Shown one piece after another: positions 31,019 to 41,797 of a DNA stretch of 63,671 bases. The notes beneath the pieces were generated by a model. It saw only the letters and a list, made by a program, of their open reading frames with translations, did no database searches and had not been told where the DNA came from. The position numbers and the translations under genes are program-made. Numbering within the stretch: position 1 is the stretch's first letter; each line of letters starts with the position of its first letter. This stretch comes from a virus (lineage: Duplodnaviria > Caudoviricetes), in IMG/VR virus record IMGVR_UViG_3300023184_002538, positions 1 to 63,671 of that record; one strand, given 5' to 3'.

Positions 31019-31662
31019 TACTTAATTCCAATAAGCATATATCTATCATATTTGTCTAATGAAAGTGTACCTTGATATATAATTTTACTCATTGGAGCAC
31101 TATCAATAAATTCAGATAATGATTGCGAGCAATTAATATGTTCTTCTAATTCAAAATAGTTATTTGATTGTAGTATAACAGTTTTACCTTTGGGTATATT
31201 AGAATACCATTGATTAAAATTATCAATGTGCTCACAACTAGTATTAATTATAGTATCAGGCATTTCAGTTAAATCAACATGTGTACCGTTTGCTCTGTAA
31301 GTTCTATGTCTAGTGGGATATGACATGTTGTGTATATCTAATGTACTAGATTTAAATTGCCAGCCGTCTATAACCCAGGGTCTGTTAATAGTATCAGCAA
31401 TTTTATAACAAGATGGATCCATATCAAACGATCGTATCTTATCAAACTTATCTCGACAATTGTCAAACATCAAATTAGCCAATGTACCATACCATCCCGC
31501 ACATATAAAAACTAAACCCAAGTCATTGGGTAAATTTTCAACAAGCCATAATTTACTTTTTATCTGTCCTGTGCTATAGGCATCAGCCAATTGTTTTAAA
31601 TATTCCGGATTTTCGTTTGCTATAGATAATACCCTAGAAATGGTGTGCAGATTAGTAGTCAT
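31018..31662 (-). CDS. Putative SAM-dependent methyltransferase-like protein
   Basis: ICAGWYG, RSFDMD and IINTSCEH give a Rossmann-like pattern. Confidence 0.6.
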   Translation of the reverse strand: MTTNLHTISRVLSIANENPEYLKQLADAYSTGQIKSKLWLVENLPNDLGLVFICAGWYGTLANLMFDNCRDKFDKIRSFDMDPSCYKIADTINRPWVIDGWQFKSSTLDIHNMSYPTRHRTYRANGTHVDLTEMPDTIINTSCEHIDNFNQWYSNIPKGKTVILQSNNYFELEEHINCSQSLSEFIDSAPMSKIIYQGTLSLDKYDRYMLIGIK

Positions 31663-31720
31663 GTAACATATTTAACTAGGTACAATACAACCTCATAAAT
31701 AATTTAAAAGATCATCAATA

Positions 31721-32830
31721 ATGGAATATGCAAATATAAATGAAATAAGGCACATATCTATAGATCATACCAGCAACTGCAATTTAAAATGCCCACAGTG
31801 TGCTAGGACTAATAATGAAATTCTTCCTATAGATGAGTTAACCTTAGGTGATTATAAAACATTTATAGAACCAATTGCGGGTAATCTTGAACGTATTCTT
31901 TATTGCGGTAACTATGGAGATCCAATAGTTAGTAATACTTTTATTCCGGCATTGACCTGGTTATATAATGAAAGTGGCTTTAAAGGACATGTACATTTAG
32001 TAACTAACGGATCGGCAAGAGATACGGTGTGGTGGACTAATTTAGCCAAATTAATGGGTAGCAAAGGATCAGTTGCATTTAGCATTGACGGACTAGAAGA
32101 TACCAATTATCTTTACAGGGTTGATTCAAACTTTAAAAAAATAATAGAAAACGCATCTGCGTTTATCAATGCAGGTGGATACGCCGAGTGGGAGTTTTTA
32201 GTTTTTAAACACAACGAACATCAAGTTGATCAGGTTATAGAATTGGCCAAACAAATGGGTTTCTACAATATAACCATAAAACAAACTAATAGGTTTGTTT
32301 CTGAAAAAAACTTAAACAATAATTCAATAAAGGTAGATAATAAGAAAGGTGAGTATGTTATTGAAATGGCAGAGAAACATAAAGGTACAGGTGAAACACA
32401 GTATAAATCAATAATTGATAAGCATAAAGATTGGAAAAACTATATCAATAATACTCATATAACATGCAAGACCAAAGCATACAATTCTATATTCATAGAC
32501 TATGAGGCCAAAGTATGGGCATGTACATGGGCCGCAGGTGGAGTATATTATGATGATCCAAAAGATCAACAATATATAGATGCTCGTAAAATTTTAGATA
32601 TATATGGATGGAATTTTAATAGTCTAAGACATCACTCATTAGCAGATGTTCTGTCTCATGAATATTATGCCAACAAGATATGCGATAGTTGGAAAGGAAC
32701 AATGGATGATCATATTCCTAAGTTAGAAGTATGCGGAAAGATATGCGGAAGTGAATTAGAATACTCTAGTGGGTGGACTGCTGGAAGATCTGACTCTAAT
32801 AAAAATAATCAAAAAATTAAACTAAAATGA
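31721..32830 (+). CDS. Radical SAM protein, paralog of 28756-29838
   Basis: CNLKCPQC, CGNYGDP, FSIDG, CGKIC. Confidence 0.88.
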   Translation: MEYANINEIRHISIDHTSNCNLKCPQCARTNNEILPIDELTLGDYKTFIEPIAGNLERILYCGNYGDPIVSNTFIPALTWLYNESGFKGHVHLVTNGSARDTVWWTNLAKLMGSKGSVAFSIDGLEDTNYLYRVDSNFKKIIENASAFINAGGYAEWEFLVFKHNEHQVDQVIELAKQMGFYNITIKQTNRFVSEKNLNNNSIKVDNKKGEYVIEMAEKHKGTGETQYKSIIDKHKDWKNYINNTHITCKTKAYNSIFIDYEAKVWACTWAAGGVYYDDPKDQQYIDARKILDIYGWNFNSLRHHSLADVLSHEYYANKICDSWKGTMDDHIPKLEVCGKICGSELEYSSGWTAGRSDSNKNNQKIKLK

Positions 32831-33381
32831 AAATACTAATAGCAGGCAATCCTAATTACGGATTAGCACAATCAATCAAACATATATTTCCAGATGCTAC
32901 ATTTGCTAGTCGATCTAGTGGTAACTGGGATTTAGAAGAACGATATAAAAGAAAAGAATTAGCCAAGTTAAGTTTAGAATACGATGTGTTTATCAGTGTA
33001 AGTTCTCTTTGGCATTATTATCAATCAGAACTGGTTCAAGAAGTAGCAGTGGCATGGGAAAAACAAAAACATAATGGCTATATTATAGCAATTGGTTCTA
33101 GTGCAGATACTCCTGTTAAATCAATTACTTGGGATTATCCCGCCAATAAAAAAGCATTAAGAAACTATTGTAGACAATTAAGTCAAATAGCGTCAAATGT
33201 TTTAGAAAAAACATTTAGAGTTACATACCTATCGCCTGGAAATCTTCATACACCATTACAAGATAAAAACATGCCAGATGTTCCTAAATTAGATTGTGCT
33301 TATGTAGCAGGAGTTATCAAGTGGTTAATTGATCAACCTGCTAATGTAAACATTAGCGAACTATGTTTAGATGCTTGTTAG
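32827..33381 (+). CDS. Short-chain dehydrogenase/reductase-like protein
   Basis: ILIAGNPNYGLA, IIAIGSS, YPANK (YxxxK), LSPG. Confidence 0.72.
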   Translation: MKILIAGNPNYGLAQSIKHIFPDATFASRSSGNWDLEERYKRKELAKLSLEYDVFISVSSLWHYYQSELVQEVAVAWEKQKHNGYIIAIGSSADTPVKSITWDYPANKKALRNYCRQLSQIASNVLEKTFRVTYLSPGNLHTPLQDKNMPDVPKLDCAYVAGVIKWLIDQPANVNISELCLDAC

Positions 33382-34208
33382 TTTGCCTTGGTCCAAACGT
33401 AAACTCCGCCGTATGCACCATTAACTACTGTAAGATGTGATTTATGGGCATCGTCTAAGTTCCACTCGTCTATTAACCAAGGTATTACAACAGGTTCAGA
33501 TCCCAAGGCATTTGTAATTTCAGTAACAACATCTCTGTCAGGGATAAACTTTAAGGTACATATTAACTTACCACCTGTTTTTAAACTTCTTATTGCTTTT
33601 TGCCAATATGTTTCTTTTGGATATTCCCACATCCATGAGAATATAGATAATACTACATCAACATCCCCATCAGGCCAACTATCGGTTGGATCTAATTCTG
33701 TAAATCTTGTAGTGTTTATATCGGTTGCAGCAAATATATCTTCTACTATTCCAAATGAGTTTCTAAACCCCCAATCAACATAGCCCGGTGACACGCTATT
33801 GACGATTGGATTTTCAGCATGTAAAAATTTTTCAGGATATGTAATTTCTGATCTGTCAACTAGATACATGTGACAATCACTATTTAATTTACAGACTGCT
33901 GCTTCAAATGTAGATAACCCCGGGCCAATGCTTATTATTTTCTTTGGATTTTCATCAATTAAATATTTTCCATATCTTTCTAATCGTACAGCAAGATGTG
34001 CTTCTAATTCAGACAACATTTGCTCATCAGTGAAAGTAAATTCATGTGGAGGCAGTTCATCCCACGGAATTGATGTATCAATTTCGTCAATTGGCCAATG
34101 ATCGCTTTGAACTTGATAAGTGATCATTGTTCTAATCGCGTCGTTATTTGTCCATTTTACTTCAACTGGGGTGTTGTTGTATGTTGAAGAGATTTTGTGG
34201 TTTGCCAT
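33378..34208 (-). CDS. Putative class I SAM-dependent methyltransferase
   Basis: ISIGPGLS, YLVD, VDVVLS, SLKTGGKL. ATAAATA upstream on the minus strand. Confidence 0.6.
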   Translation of the reverse strand: MANHKISSTYNNTPVEVKWTNNDAIRTMITYQVQSDHWPIDEIDTSIPWDELPPHEFTFTDEQMLSELEAHLAVRLERYGKYLIDENPKKIISIGPGLSTFEAAVCKLNSDCHMYLVDRSEITYPEKFLHAENPIVNSVSPGYVDWGFRNSFGIVEDIFAATDINTTRFTELDPTDSWPDGDVDVVLSIFSWMWEYPKETYWQKAIRSLKTGGKLICTLKFIPDRDVVTEITNALGSEPVVIPWLIDEWNLDDAHKSHLTVVNGAYGGVYVWTKAN

Positions 34209-34240
34209 TGTTTGCTCCAGTAATTATACATATTTATCCA

Positions 34241-35116
34241 CTATATAGCAGAATAAAATTTAAAAAATCTGCTTTGTTGGGCATCAAACGGAGAACCTAA
34301 TTCTAATTGGTTTAACTCTAAAAGGTGTCCGTAAGCATCAATCATTGAGTGTATTTCTTCTTTATTAAGATGGTTAAATGTTTCTTTCCAATAGTTATTT
34401 AGATACTCAAAATCTCTAACATTAATGGGATCCCAATCTGTAAAATTGGTAAGATAACAGCCCTGTCTTGCTCCTAATATTGCCCACTCTCCATTAGGCA
34501 CATCCATACCTGCCATCATCCAAACACCCAAACGCTTTAGATTACCATCCCATAAATGTGAAATATCAGTTACCTTACTACCCCTATCTAAACTCATCTT
34601 TACACCTTCACGAAATCCGGCTCTCCATGCTTGTAACGGACTAGCATTATTATGTATTTCAGAGAAGCACTCTTCTACAGAAACATAATTAACATGCCAA
34701 CAAAAATCAACTTGTGTTGCAGGATCGTCATCTTCTGCATTTTCGTGTGTACGTATATCTAAAATTAACTGTCTCGGCCAACACTTAATGCCGCCGTTAC
34801 CGTATTGTAATCCATTAATGATATTATAACTAGGCCAGGATAATACACATTCTTTAGGATCTACACTGCCATCTAGTTCAATAACTTGATTAAAGAATGT
34901 TTTGTTTACTAAATTATCAGCATCAATTATAACTACTCTATCAGTAGTTGCTAACTGTGCTACAAATTTGTGTGCAGAGTCACTACCTTTAATACCATGC
35001 ACTCGTTTGGCATGTGGTACTTTAGTTAAAAGGTCTTCCCAATTTGCATCAGCATTGGGTTCATCGTAACTTAAGAATACAACATCGTAGTCAGCAATGG
35101 TTAGTATTGTGCTCAT
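34241..35116 (-). CDS. Glycosyltransferase-like (GT-A) protein
   Basis: VVFLSYDE, VIIDAD (DxD), YGNGGIK, AWRAGFRE. Confidence 0.62.
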   Translation of the reverse strand: MSTILTIADYDVVFLSYDEPNADANWEDLLTKVPHAKRVHGIKGSDSAHKFVAQLATTDRVVIIDADNLVNKTFFNQVIELDGSVDPKECVLSWPSYNIINGLQYGNGGIKCWPRQLILDIRTHENAEDDDPATQVDFCWHVNYVSVEECFSEIHNNASPLQAWRAGFREGVKMSLDRGSKVTDISHLWDGNLKRLGVWMMAGMDVPNGEWAILGARQGCYLTNFTDWDPINVRDFEYLNNYWKETFNHLNKEEIHSMIDAYGHLLELNQLELGSPFDAQQSRFFKFYSAI

Positions 35117-36585
35117 GTTATAACAGGAACATTATATTGTAAATAAAATTTATGGGCATCGTCAATGTTATTAACCATAGGATGCCCTTTTATGTTTAGG
35201 CTAGTGTTTAACAACATAGGACATCCGGTCTCCTGATACCAATTTTCCAGTAACTGCCTAAACCCCGGGCTATCTGTTTTGCTTACAGTTTGTACCCTAC
35301 TGGTTCCATCTTTGTGTATAATAGCAGGAAACTCATCCGGTTTAGTACAACGAGCAACAAACTGCATATAAGGACTAGCAGTAATACCCTTAGGCATTTC
35401 AAAGTATTCATGTACATGTTCTTCTAATATAGCAGGAGCAAATGGACGGAACTGTTGTCTACGTTTAATAGCATTAACTGTATCTTTAATAGTTGCACCT
35501 CTTGGATCAGCAAGCAGACTACGATGACCTAATGCTCTAGGACCATATTCTGCACGACCACTTGCGACTCCTACTATCTTATCTTTCTTTAGTATATCAA
35601 TAGTTTGACTAACTGGATATGTTGTTCCTATATCTGTTCCTAGGTATGCGCCGGGCCATTTAATATGTTCACCAAAGTATCCTGCCACAGCACCCACAGC
35701 ACTACCTGCATCACCCGGGTTAGGCATTATCCATACGTTATCCCAATCACCTGTTATAGTACTATTGGCTACACAATTAAGAGCACATCCTCCCATAAGG
35801 ATAAGATTATTACTAGATATATTTCTACGGGCCCATGTGCTAATGACTTGTAGTAATTCTGTATATATCTCTTGAGTTGCTGCTGCTATGTCAAACGTAT
35901 CTTGATCGCTGAGCAAATCCATTCTCCATTCTAAACATCCCTTGTGTAGATTTTGTTTAAATGATATCGAAGGACCGTTTATTGTTTTAAAGAAATCTTT
36001 GTATATATCTGCTTTGAGTCTGTTTGCATCACCATATGCTGCCATGCCCATTAATATATATTCTTCTTCGTTGGGCTTCAGTCCACAACGCTGTGTCATG
36101 GCACTAAACCATAATCCTAAACTATTAGGATATTCTTGTGCATATACTTTCTTTAGGTCATTACCTTGCCCATGCCATAGTGTAAGAGTTTCAAACTCTC
36201 CTATACTATCAATTACTACAACTGCTGCATCAGCAAATCCACTTGTGTAATAACCAGCGGCAGCATGGCTGTGATGATGTTTTCCAAAATGTATTTTTTG
36301 AGTTAGATTATATTTGGCAAGATATGTTCTTATATCATTTTCTTGTTCTGTATCACCCTGACCTGCTTTGAGTTGCCTTGCAGTTTTTAGTATAGGATCT
36401 TCATACCAAACTATTAGATCAGGCTGACCATACTGGCCGGCGTCTTCAAGTATACCTGGGCATAAATCTCCGTCATTTTTCTTACCACTATATCTTTCAC
36501 TATGAGCAGCAAATCGTAGATCTTTATCGTGCCACACACTAACGGCAGCATCGTGACTATTAGCACTAATTCCCCAAATAATCAT
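35113..36585 (-). CDS. Carbamoyltransferase (NodU/CmcH/TobZ family)
   Basis: HDAA, SERYSGKK, HHHSHAA, GGCALN, GDAG, EYGPRALGHRS, RPFAP, LLNTSLN. Confidence 0.93.
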   Translation of the reverse strand: MIIWGISANSHDAAVSVWHDKDLRFAAHSERYSGKKNDGDLCPGILEDAGQYGQPDLIVWYEDPILKTARQLKAGQGDTEQENDIRTYLAKYNLTQKIHFGKHHHSHAAAGYYTSGFADAAVVVIDSIGEFETLTLWHGQGNDLKKVYAQEYPNSLGLWFSAMTQRCGLKPNEEEYILMGMAAYGDANRLKADIYKDFFKTINGPSISFKQNLHKGCLEWRMDLLSDQDTFDIAAATQEIYTELLQVISTWARRNISSNNLILMGGCALNCVANSTITGDWDNVWIMPNPGDAGSAVGAVAGYFGEHIKWPGAYLGTDIGTTYPVSQTIDILKKDKIVGVASGRAEYGPRALGHRSLLADPRGATIKDTVNAIKRRQQFRPFAPAILEEHVHEYFEMPKGITASPYMQFVARCTKPDEFPAIIHKDGTSRVQTVSKTDSPGFRQLLENWYQETGCPMLLNTSLNIKGHPMVNNIDDAHKFYLQYNVPVIT

Positions 36586-36998
36586 CTGTATATAAACGGA
36601 TCTCTTTTACGATACTCCGCTAATTTTTTCTTGTACATTACATCTCTAGAAACATCTTTAATTTTATGCCCATGCACTTCAACGATTTTATTATCATCAT
36701 TGAAGGTAATTACATCTAACAGGTGCAATGTTTCTTCAATACCCGGTTGTATCTTAAGTTCAACATATACAATATTTTCTGATGAGGCTGCAGATATGAT
36801 CTCCCCTGGGATTTCTAAATCTTTAATTGAACTAAAAACACGTTTTAATTCATTCAATACTGTTTGTTTTCCTTGGATATCAATTTCCCAATCTACAACA
36901 CGTATATTATCAGCAAACAAATTTTCTAATTCAAGTAGATTCTTTTGTCTAAATGCTTGAATGTATTCCTTGGATAAATTCTCAATAGTTTCACTCAT
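36582..36998 (-). CDS. SnoaL/NTF2-like protein with a C-terminal RKRDPFIY tail
   Basis: YIQAF...LENLFADNI...DW...GK...LDVITF pattern, then a basic tail ending RDPFIYR. Confidence 0.62.
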   Translation of the reverse strand: MSETIENLSKEYIQAFRQKNLLELENLFADNIRVVDWEIDIQGKQTVLNELKRVFSSIKDLEIPGEIISAASSENIVYVELKIQPGIEETLHLLDVITFNDDNKIVEVHGHKIKDVSRDVMYKKKLAEYRKRDPFIYR

Positions 36999-37693
36999 GT
37001 AATATCTCCTCTGTTGACGGTAAACTCTGCGTTCATTGAATGAACATATATACTATTTGAAACAAAATAATGCGCTAAATGAGTATGCAAACAATCTCCT
37101 AGTCCATTCTGTATTTGTTCGGCTGTTGCTAATCGCATATATGGAACTGGTAACAATGTTTTAATTAATGTTTCTGGGGATGACATAAATGCTATATCAT
37201 GTACAGTAACAACAAATGGTAACGGTGGAGCAGTTATCCTTAAATTGCTCACACCATACATATTATTCGGATCTATACTTAATATAAAATTAGGAAACTC
37301 ATCTCCTCGAATTATCAAATCTGGTCTTGTTATTATAACATAATCGTATGAATAACGCAAATTAATTAATGCTGTTATTAACTTTTGCCAATGGTATACT
37401 TGTTTATTTCCCCTATGATCAAAATCAATTTCTTTTTCTATGTTTAGATATTTTGGCTGTTTGCCTATGACTGATAATATTTTATCTGCTGTTATTGATT
37501 CTTTTACGTTAGGATTTGATTCTTTGGTAAAATCTTCTGTAAAAGCAGTATATGCATCGGAATATCTATTTGACATATCCCATGTACTAAAAAATATATC
37601 ATAATCAAAATTATCTAAAAATTTCCAATACTTAAAACACGACGAAAACGTTCTATACTCTCCGCCTATAAGGATTGCCAAACGCTTTTTCAT
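36995..37693 (-). CDS. Putative glycosyltransferase-like protein
   Basis: RLAILIGGEYR...FFSTW...YDYVIITRPD; related to 39283-41058 and 41798-42583. Confidence 0.55.
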   Translation of the reverse strand: MKKRLAILIGGEYRTFSSCFKYWKFLDNFDYDIFFSTWDMSNRYSDAYTAFTEDFTKESNPNVKESITADKILSVIGKQPKYLNIEKEIDFDHRGNKQVYHWQKLITALINLRYSYDYVIITRPDLIIRGDEFPNFILSIDPNNMYGVSNLRITAPPLPFVVTVHDIAFMSSPETLIKTLLPVPYMRLATAEQIQNGLGDCLHTHLAHYFVSNSIYVHSMNAEFTVNRGDIT

Positions 37694-37699
37694 AGATGG

Positions 37700-38494
37700 T
37701 TAAGTTTTAATATTTTCATCGTAGTATTCTCTATACAGAGTTTTTGTATGTTCCTTAACATAAAAGGAAAAATCAAAATTACTAGGTTTAATCATATCGC
37801 TAGTTGATACACTTACAATCTTTTTATTATTTTCAATTGCATCTATAATTAGATCGGCTATTACTTTGTTATTTTCTTCGGAAAAATGAAATTTACGCTG
37901 ACAGTCTAACCAACCAAAATCAAAGTTATTATATGCTTCTTCATTTACTAATTTTAATTCGTGTTTTGCAGCACTAAAAAGATCATCAGTTGTTTGTTCC
38001 ATTGAGTTTTCAAATGCAGGTATAACAATAGTATTAGGTGCAAGTCTCCATAAATTATTTACTAGTAGGTGTTGAACATGTGTCATCATTTCCCAATCGA
38101 CCCAATCTCGCAAATATATCTTAACACTTTTTAATATTTCTAAATGTATTTCTTTTCTAGGATACGGTGGTAACTTTGAAACCCTTTCATGTTCACTATC
38201 GGCCCAAGGCCACCCAAACATGCACATTCCATCTAATGCTTTAACATATAGTCGCTCTGGACTAGTTACTACAAAAATATTTAGATCAAAGTTTTTATGT
38301 TCTCTTAAAAAATGATCGTAACTGAACATAAATGCTGTTCCAGACTTTGCAAAATTAGAAATCGTATGTCCGTGATTTTCTAACAGTTCTCCCCAGGATA
38401 ATCCTTTCTCAGGTCGATCAGTTCCGGTATCTCCCCATTTTGTATTAATACAGGCAAAACTATCGCCATACAGTGCTATTCTCATATTACTCAA
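37700..38494 (-). CDS. SGNH/GDSL-like protein
   Basis: ALYGDSF, NFAKSGT, C-terminal HFSEENN. Confidence 0.6.
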   Translation of the reverse strand: MSNMRIALYGDSFACINTKWGDTGTDRPEKGLSWGELLENHGHTISNFAKSGTAFMFSYDHFLREHKNFDLNIFVVTSPERLYVKALDGMCMFGWPWADSEHERVSKLPPYPRKEIHLEILKSVKIYLRDWVDWEMMTHVQHLLVNNLWRLAPNTIVIPAFENSMEQTTDDLFSAAKHELKLVNEEAYNNFDFGWLDCQRKFHFSEENNKVIADLIIDAIENNKKIVSVSTSDMIKPSNFDFSFYVKEHTKTLYREYYDENIKT

Positions 38495-39293
38495 AATTAT
38501 TATTTTTTATATGTTCAATTAACCGTTCTGCAGAATCTACATGACCGCCATCGCCGGTATGCAAACTGTTTACAGTATCCGGCCACAATGCGGTACATCT
38601 TCCCCAATCTTGATTAAAAAAGTCTCTAGGTTCATCAACAAGGTTTCTAAAATCAGTATCTGCAGAAAATATAATACAGTTTATTCCTTGTTTTTTAATC
38701 ATACGATATGCCATCAGTATAACTCCGCGATCATATTCTCGTTTAATACCATCGTCAAACACATCAAAGAAGTATTTTTCTATCATTTCTAATTTTTCAA
38801 TTGACTCTGTCCACATGCGTTTGTAATAGTCTGCTTCTTGATTTGCTTTGGCAAATCTTAAGTAATCAGAAAATGCAACCACTTGCTCACTTAATATTTT
38901 TGGAGAATAGTTTGGATTATCTTGGAAATAGAAATCCATTGGCTTATCATGTAATGGTGGAGTATGATAGTGCGGAGGATACAAATGGTAATTTATATCT
39001 AATGCAGACGGTTGGTGTCCAGGTTCTATATTCTTACCAGTCTCTACCCATTCTATTCTATCATAGGATGTTGTGCCTAATATTATTAGATGAGGTTTTG
39101 GACGCATTTTAGCAGCATAAGCACCTTGTAAGTATATAGTAAAATTACTAGCACTTCCACGAGCCAATCTAACTAAATCCCAATCAAAATGTTGAGAAGT
39201 TAATACACCATATGGCTTTGTATGAAGATTGGTACATCCTATTCCATAATTAAAACTGTCTCCGCATACAACCATTAATTTTTTATCTGTCAT
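38487..39293 (-). CDS. SGNH/GDSL-like protein
   Basis: VCGDSF.YG, LARGSASN, LHTGDGGH. Confidence 0.62.
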   Translation of the reverse strand: MTDKKLMVVCGDSFNYGIGCTNLHTKPYGVLTSQHFDWDLVRLARGSASNFTIYLQGAYAAKMRPKPHLIILGTTSYDRIEWVETGKNIEPGHQPSALDINYHLYPPHYHTPPLHDKPMDFYFQDNPNYSPKILSEQVVAFSDYLRFAKANQEADYYKRMWTESIEKLEMIEKYFFDVFDDGIKREYDRGVILMAYRMIKKQGINCIIFSADTDFRNLVDEPRDFFNQDWGRCTALWPDTVNSLHTGDGGHVDSAERLIEHIKNNNFE

Positions 39294-41058
39294 TGTTATT
39301 CCATTTGTTAATAAGTTTCAGGAACTCATCTTTTTCTAATAATTTATCATATATTTCAGATGCCATTTTAAAATGTGAATTTGGACCTTGATGAGCACAA
39401 TCTCTTGCAATATTCTCTTTGAATTTTTTATACTGTTCTTCAACATATATTTCGTTTTTCATAACTACAGGTATAAAATGTTCTTCTAACTCTTTTGGAT
39501 AGTCAATATTTCCAAAGTCGCCTGCCCAACAACTAAAAAACCAAGGAATATTTTTAGAGTTTAGATAATACTTTATAAAAAGCAAATTCTGAAAATAATC
39601 GTGATAACACTGCCGTAATTCCATAGTTCTTTCTAAATGATCAATTATCTCTTGTTTTTCAATTTCAGAAGGATTTGTAGACTTAGGTTGACCCGGTAAG
39701 AAATCTATAATGTATCCTTCTCCATTGCTATTTGTTGTTATTAGTTCTCTTCTGGTAAGGGGTGGTACCAATATATACACAAGGTCAGGCCTAGCACCTT
39801 TATGTTCTATAGAAACATATACGTATCGTATTGCAGCATCTGCACTAATACCTCCTCTACCTATATTAAATTTAGCAACAGGCAAATTAGTAAATTCAGT
39901 AAATTTATCTGTAAGGAATGTATGCCACAAATGATTTTCCGGCATACCTATTCCTTCAGTAACCGAACAGCCACTCACTAAAACTGTAGGATAATTATAT
40001 GCTTCTTCAAACTCTCGAAGTCCGTTCTCGGGAATTCTAAACCCATATGAATTATGTTGGTACCATATATCAGTTTCTCCATACGTTATATATTTTTTTG
40101 TTTCTCTCCAAAATTTTGTTGTTCTATCAAACGTGTATGGATCATCTGGACATAACCAATAAGATGTAGTATTAATGAATGCCCCTGGTTTAAAATTATA
40201 TTTGTTCCATAAGTTATGACTACTTACATCCTCTGCTGACCTAAATTTAAAATCAGGAGTAACAACTTCCCAAACATTATCTGCCATACTAAAAAATTTC
40301 TTATTTTTTGATTCAAACCACTCTTTGCATTTTAGTTTGGTTTCATTATAATTAATATTTCCAGCACCTCTGCAAGTGCTTCTTGCTATTGTCCACCGAG
40401 AAGGAATATTCATAAACCTATTGTAGTTTAATAAAAAATAATCTGCTAAAAATTTATGAATATCAACTACTGGTCCGGGCGAATATTTTGATGGTGGGTC
40501 TTCATATACATTTTTAAGAAATGGTTTTATTGATATATTAAGAAGTTTTAAAATACTGTTTTGAGTTCCTATAAACATTACATCTGAAACTTTTTGTATA
40601 GTGTCTATAGGAAAAGGTACATTTAATTGCCCTCCACACAGCCCGTATATATCATTATCATCATTTGATGTGTTAAACAAAAAATTTCTAAAAAACTCTT
40701 CATCATAATCTAACACAATATCCGGTCTTATTAGAATAACCCTATCATAAATTATACCAGACTTCTGCATTAATGAAATAACAGAATGCCAACGATCTAT
40801 CATATAACCGTTGTATCCAACTTTCATGTATTCATTTATATCAGCAATATCTAAATCTTTCAATTTAATTAAATTGCGTATTTGTTCTTCACTTATGTGT
40901 TCTTCTATTATAGGCGCTCCAAAACGTTTGTTTACAAATCTACTTTCATTCCACGTAGAAAAATAACAATCTACATTTTGCCATTTTAAAAATGACCAAA
41001 ATTTATGTGCAAATTCAAATTCTCTGTATTCGCCTGATATTAATACTGCAATTTTCAT
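39283..41058 (-). CDS. Fusion of a glycosyltransferase-like domain and an SGNH-like domain
   Basis: N-terminal KIAVLISGEYR...IRPD; C-terminal NSYGFR...SGCSVTEG...NIGRGG...ARDCAHQG. Confidence 0.6.
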   Translation of the reverse strand: MKIAVLISGEYREFEFAHKFWSFLKWQNVDCYFSTWNESRFVNKRFGAPIIEEHISEEQIRNLIKLKDLDIADINEYMKVGYNGYMIDRWHSVISLMQKSGIIYDRVILIRPDIVLDYDEEFFRNFLFNTSNDDNDIYGLCGGQLNVPFPIDTIQKVSDVMFIGTQNSILKLLNISIKPFLKNVYEDPPSKYSPGPVVDIHKFLADYFLLNYNRFMNIPSRWTIARSTCRGAGNINYNETKLKCKEWFESKNKKFFSMADNVWEVVTPDFKFRSAEDVSSHNLWNKYNFKPGAFINTTSYWLCPDDPYTFDRTTKFWRETKKYITYGETDIWYQHNSYGFRIPENGLREFEEAYNYPTVLVSGCSVTEGIGMPENHLWHTFLTDKFTEFTNLPVAKFNIGRGGISADAAIRYVYVSIEHKGARPDLVYILVPPLTRRELITTNSNGEGYIIDFLPGQPKSTNPSEIEKQEIIDHLERTMELRQCYHDYFQNLLFIKYYLNSKNIPWFFSCWAGDFGNIDYPKELEEHFIPVVMKNEIYVEEQYKKFKENIARDCAHQGPNSHFKMASEIYDKLLEKDEFLKLINKWNNNDR

Positions 41059-41795
41059 AAGTCTGAGTTATCAAATAAATTATTTTGATTTATATAATCT
41101 AACAAGTGGGTTGCCCACAACGCATGGCCTTCCTCTAATGGATGAAGCATAGGACCTATTTCACATTTATTAGCAGCAGCAAATGCAGTAAAACTAGGAG
41201 AAACGTAATATCTTTTTTTATATATTTGATCTAATAATTCTTGCTGTAGAACTTTTTTCTGTATATCTTCTTCTATTCCCATTGAACTTGTAATTAGATA
41301 TGGAATTTTATTGGCCTTTAAAAAATTCTGCATACCTAATAATATCATTATGTCAAAAGTAAAATGTCCATAATCATAATTAAAATCTTTTACAAGAACT
41401 TCCCATAAATCGTGATGATGCTTATTAACATTAGATGGAGGTTCCCAAGCATTAAGATGTATATAATAAACACCTTCATTGTTAAAACAAAATTCTCTTC
41501 GTGTAGCATGAGTTAAACTTATATTAACAAATATTTCTTCAGGCTTATATATTTTAAGTTTTTTAGATATATCGTTAATTAGGTTTCTGTAAGCACGTTC
41601 ATTTGAGCCACCAGGACATCCGGTGTTCTGATAATCTTCTATGCCTAATTTATCAGTAATAATACCAGTATAACAATGTTTTCTCTTATATGGAGTAAAC
41701 TGGAATAAATGAATGTTTTCAGATTCCTCTCCCTTTTCGTTTAGTTCGTGCCCAAATACAAATGAATCGCCGGTAGCATAAAACGATTTAATCAT
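41055..41795 (-). CDS. SGNH/GDSL-like protein
   Basis: ATGDSFVFG, NTGCPGGSN, LHPLEEGH. Confidence 0.65.
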   Translation of the reverse strand: MIKSFYATGDSFVFGHELNEKGEESENIHLFQFTPYKRKHCYTGIITDKLGIEDYQNTGCPGGSNERAYRNLINDISKKLKIYKPEEIFVNISLTHATRREFCFNNEGVYYIHLNAWEPPSNVNKHHHDLWEVLVKDFNYDYGHFTFDIMILLGMQNFLKANKIPYLITSSMGIEEDIQKKVLQQELLDQIYKKRYYVSPSFTAFAAANKCEIGPMLHPLEEGHALWATHLLDYINQNNLFDNSDL

Positions 41796-41797
41796 AA

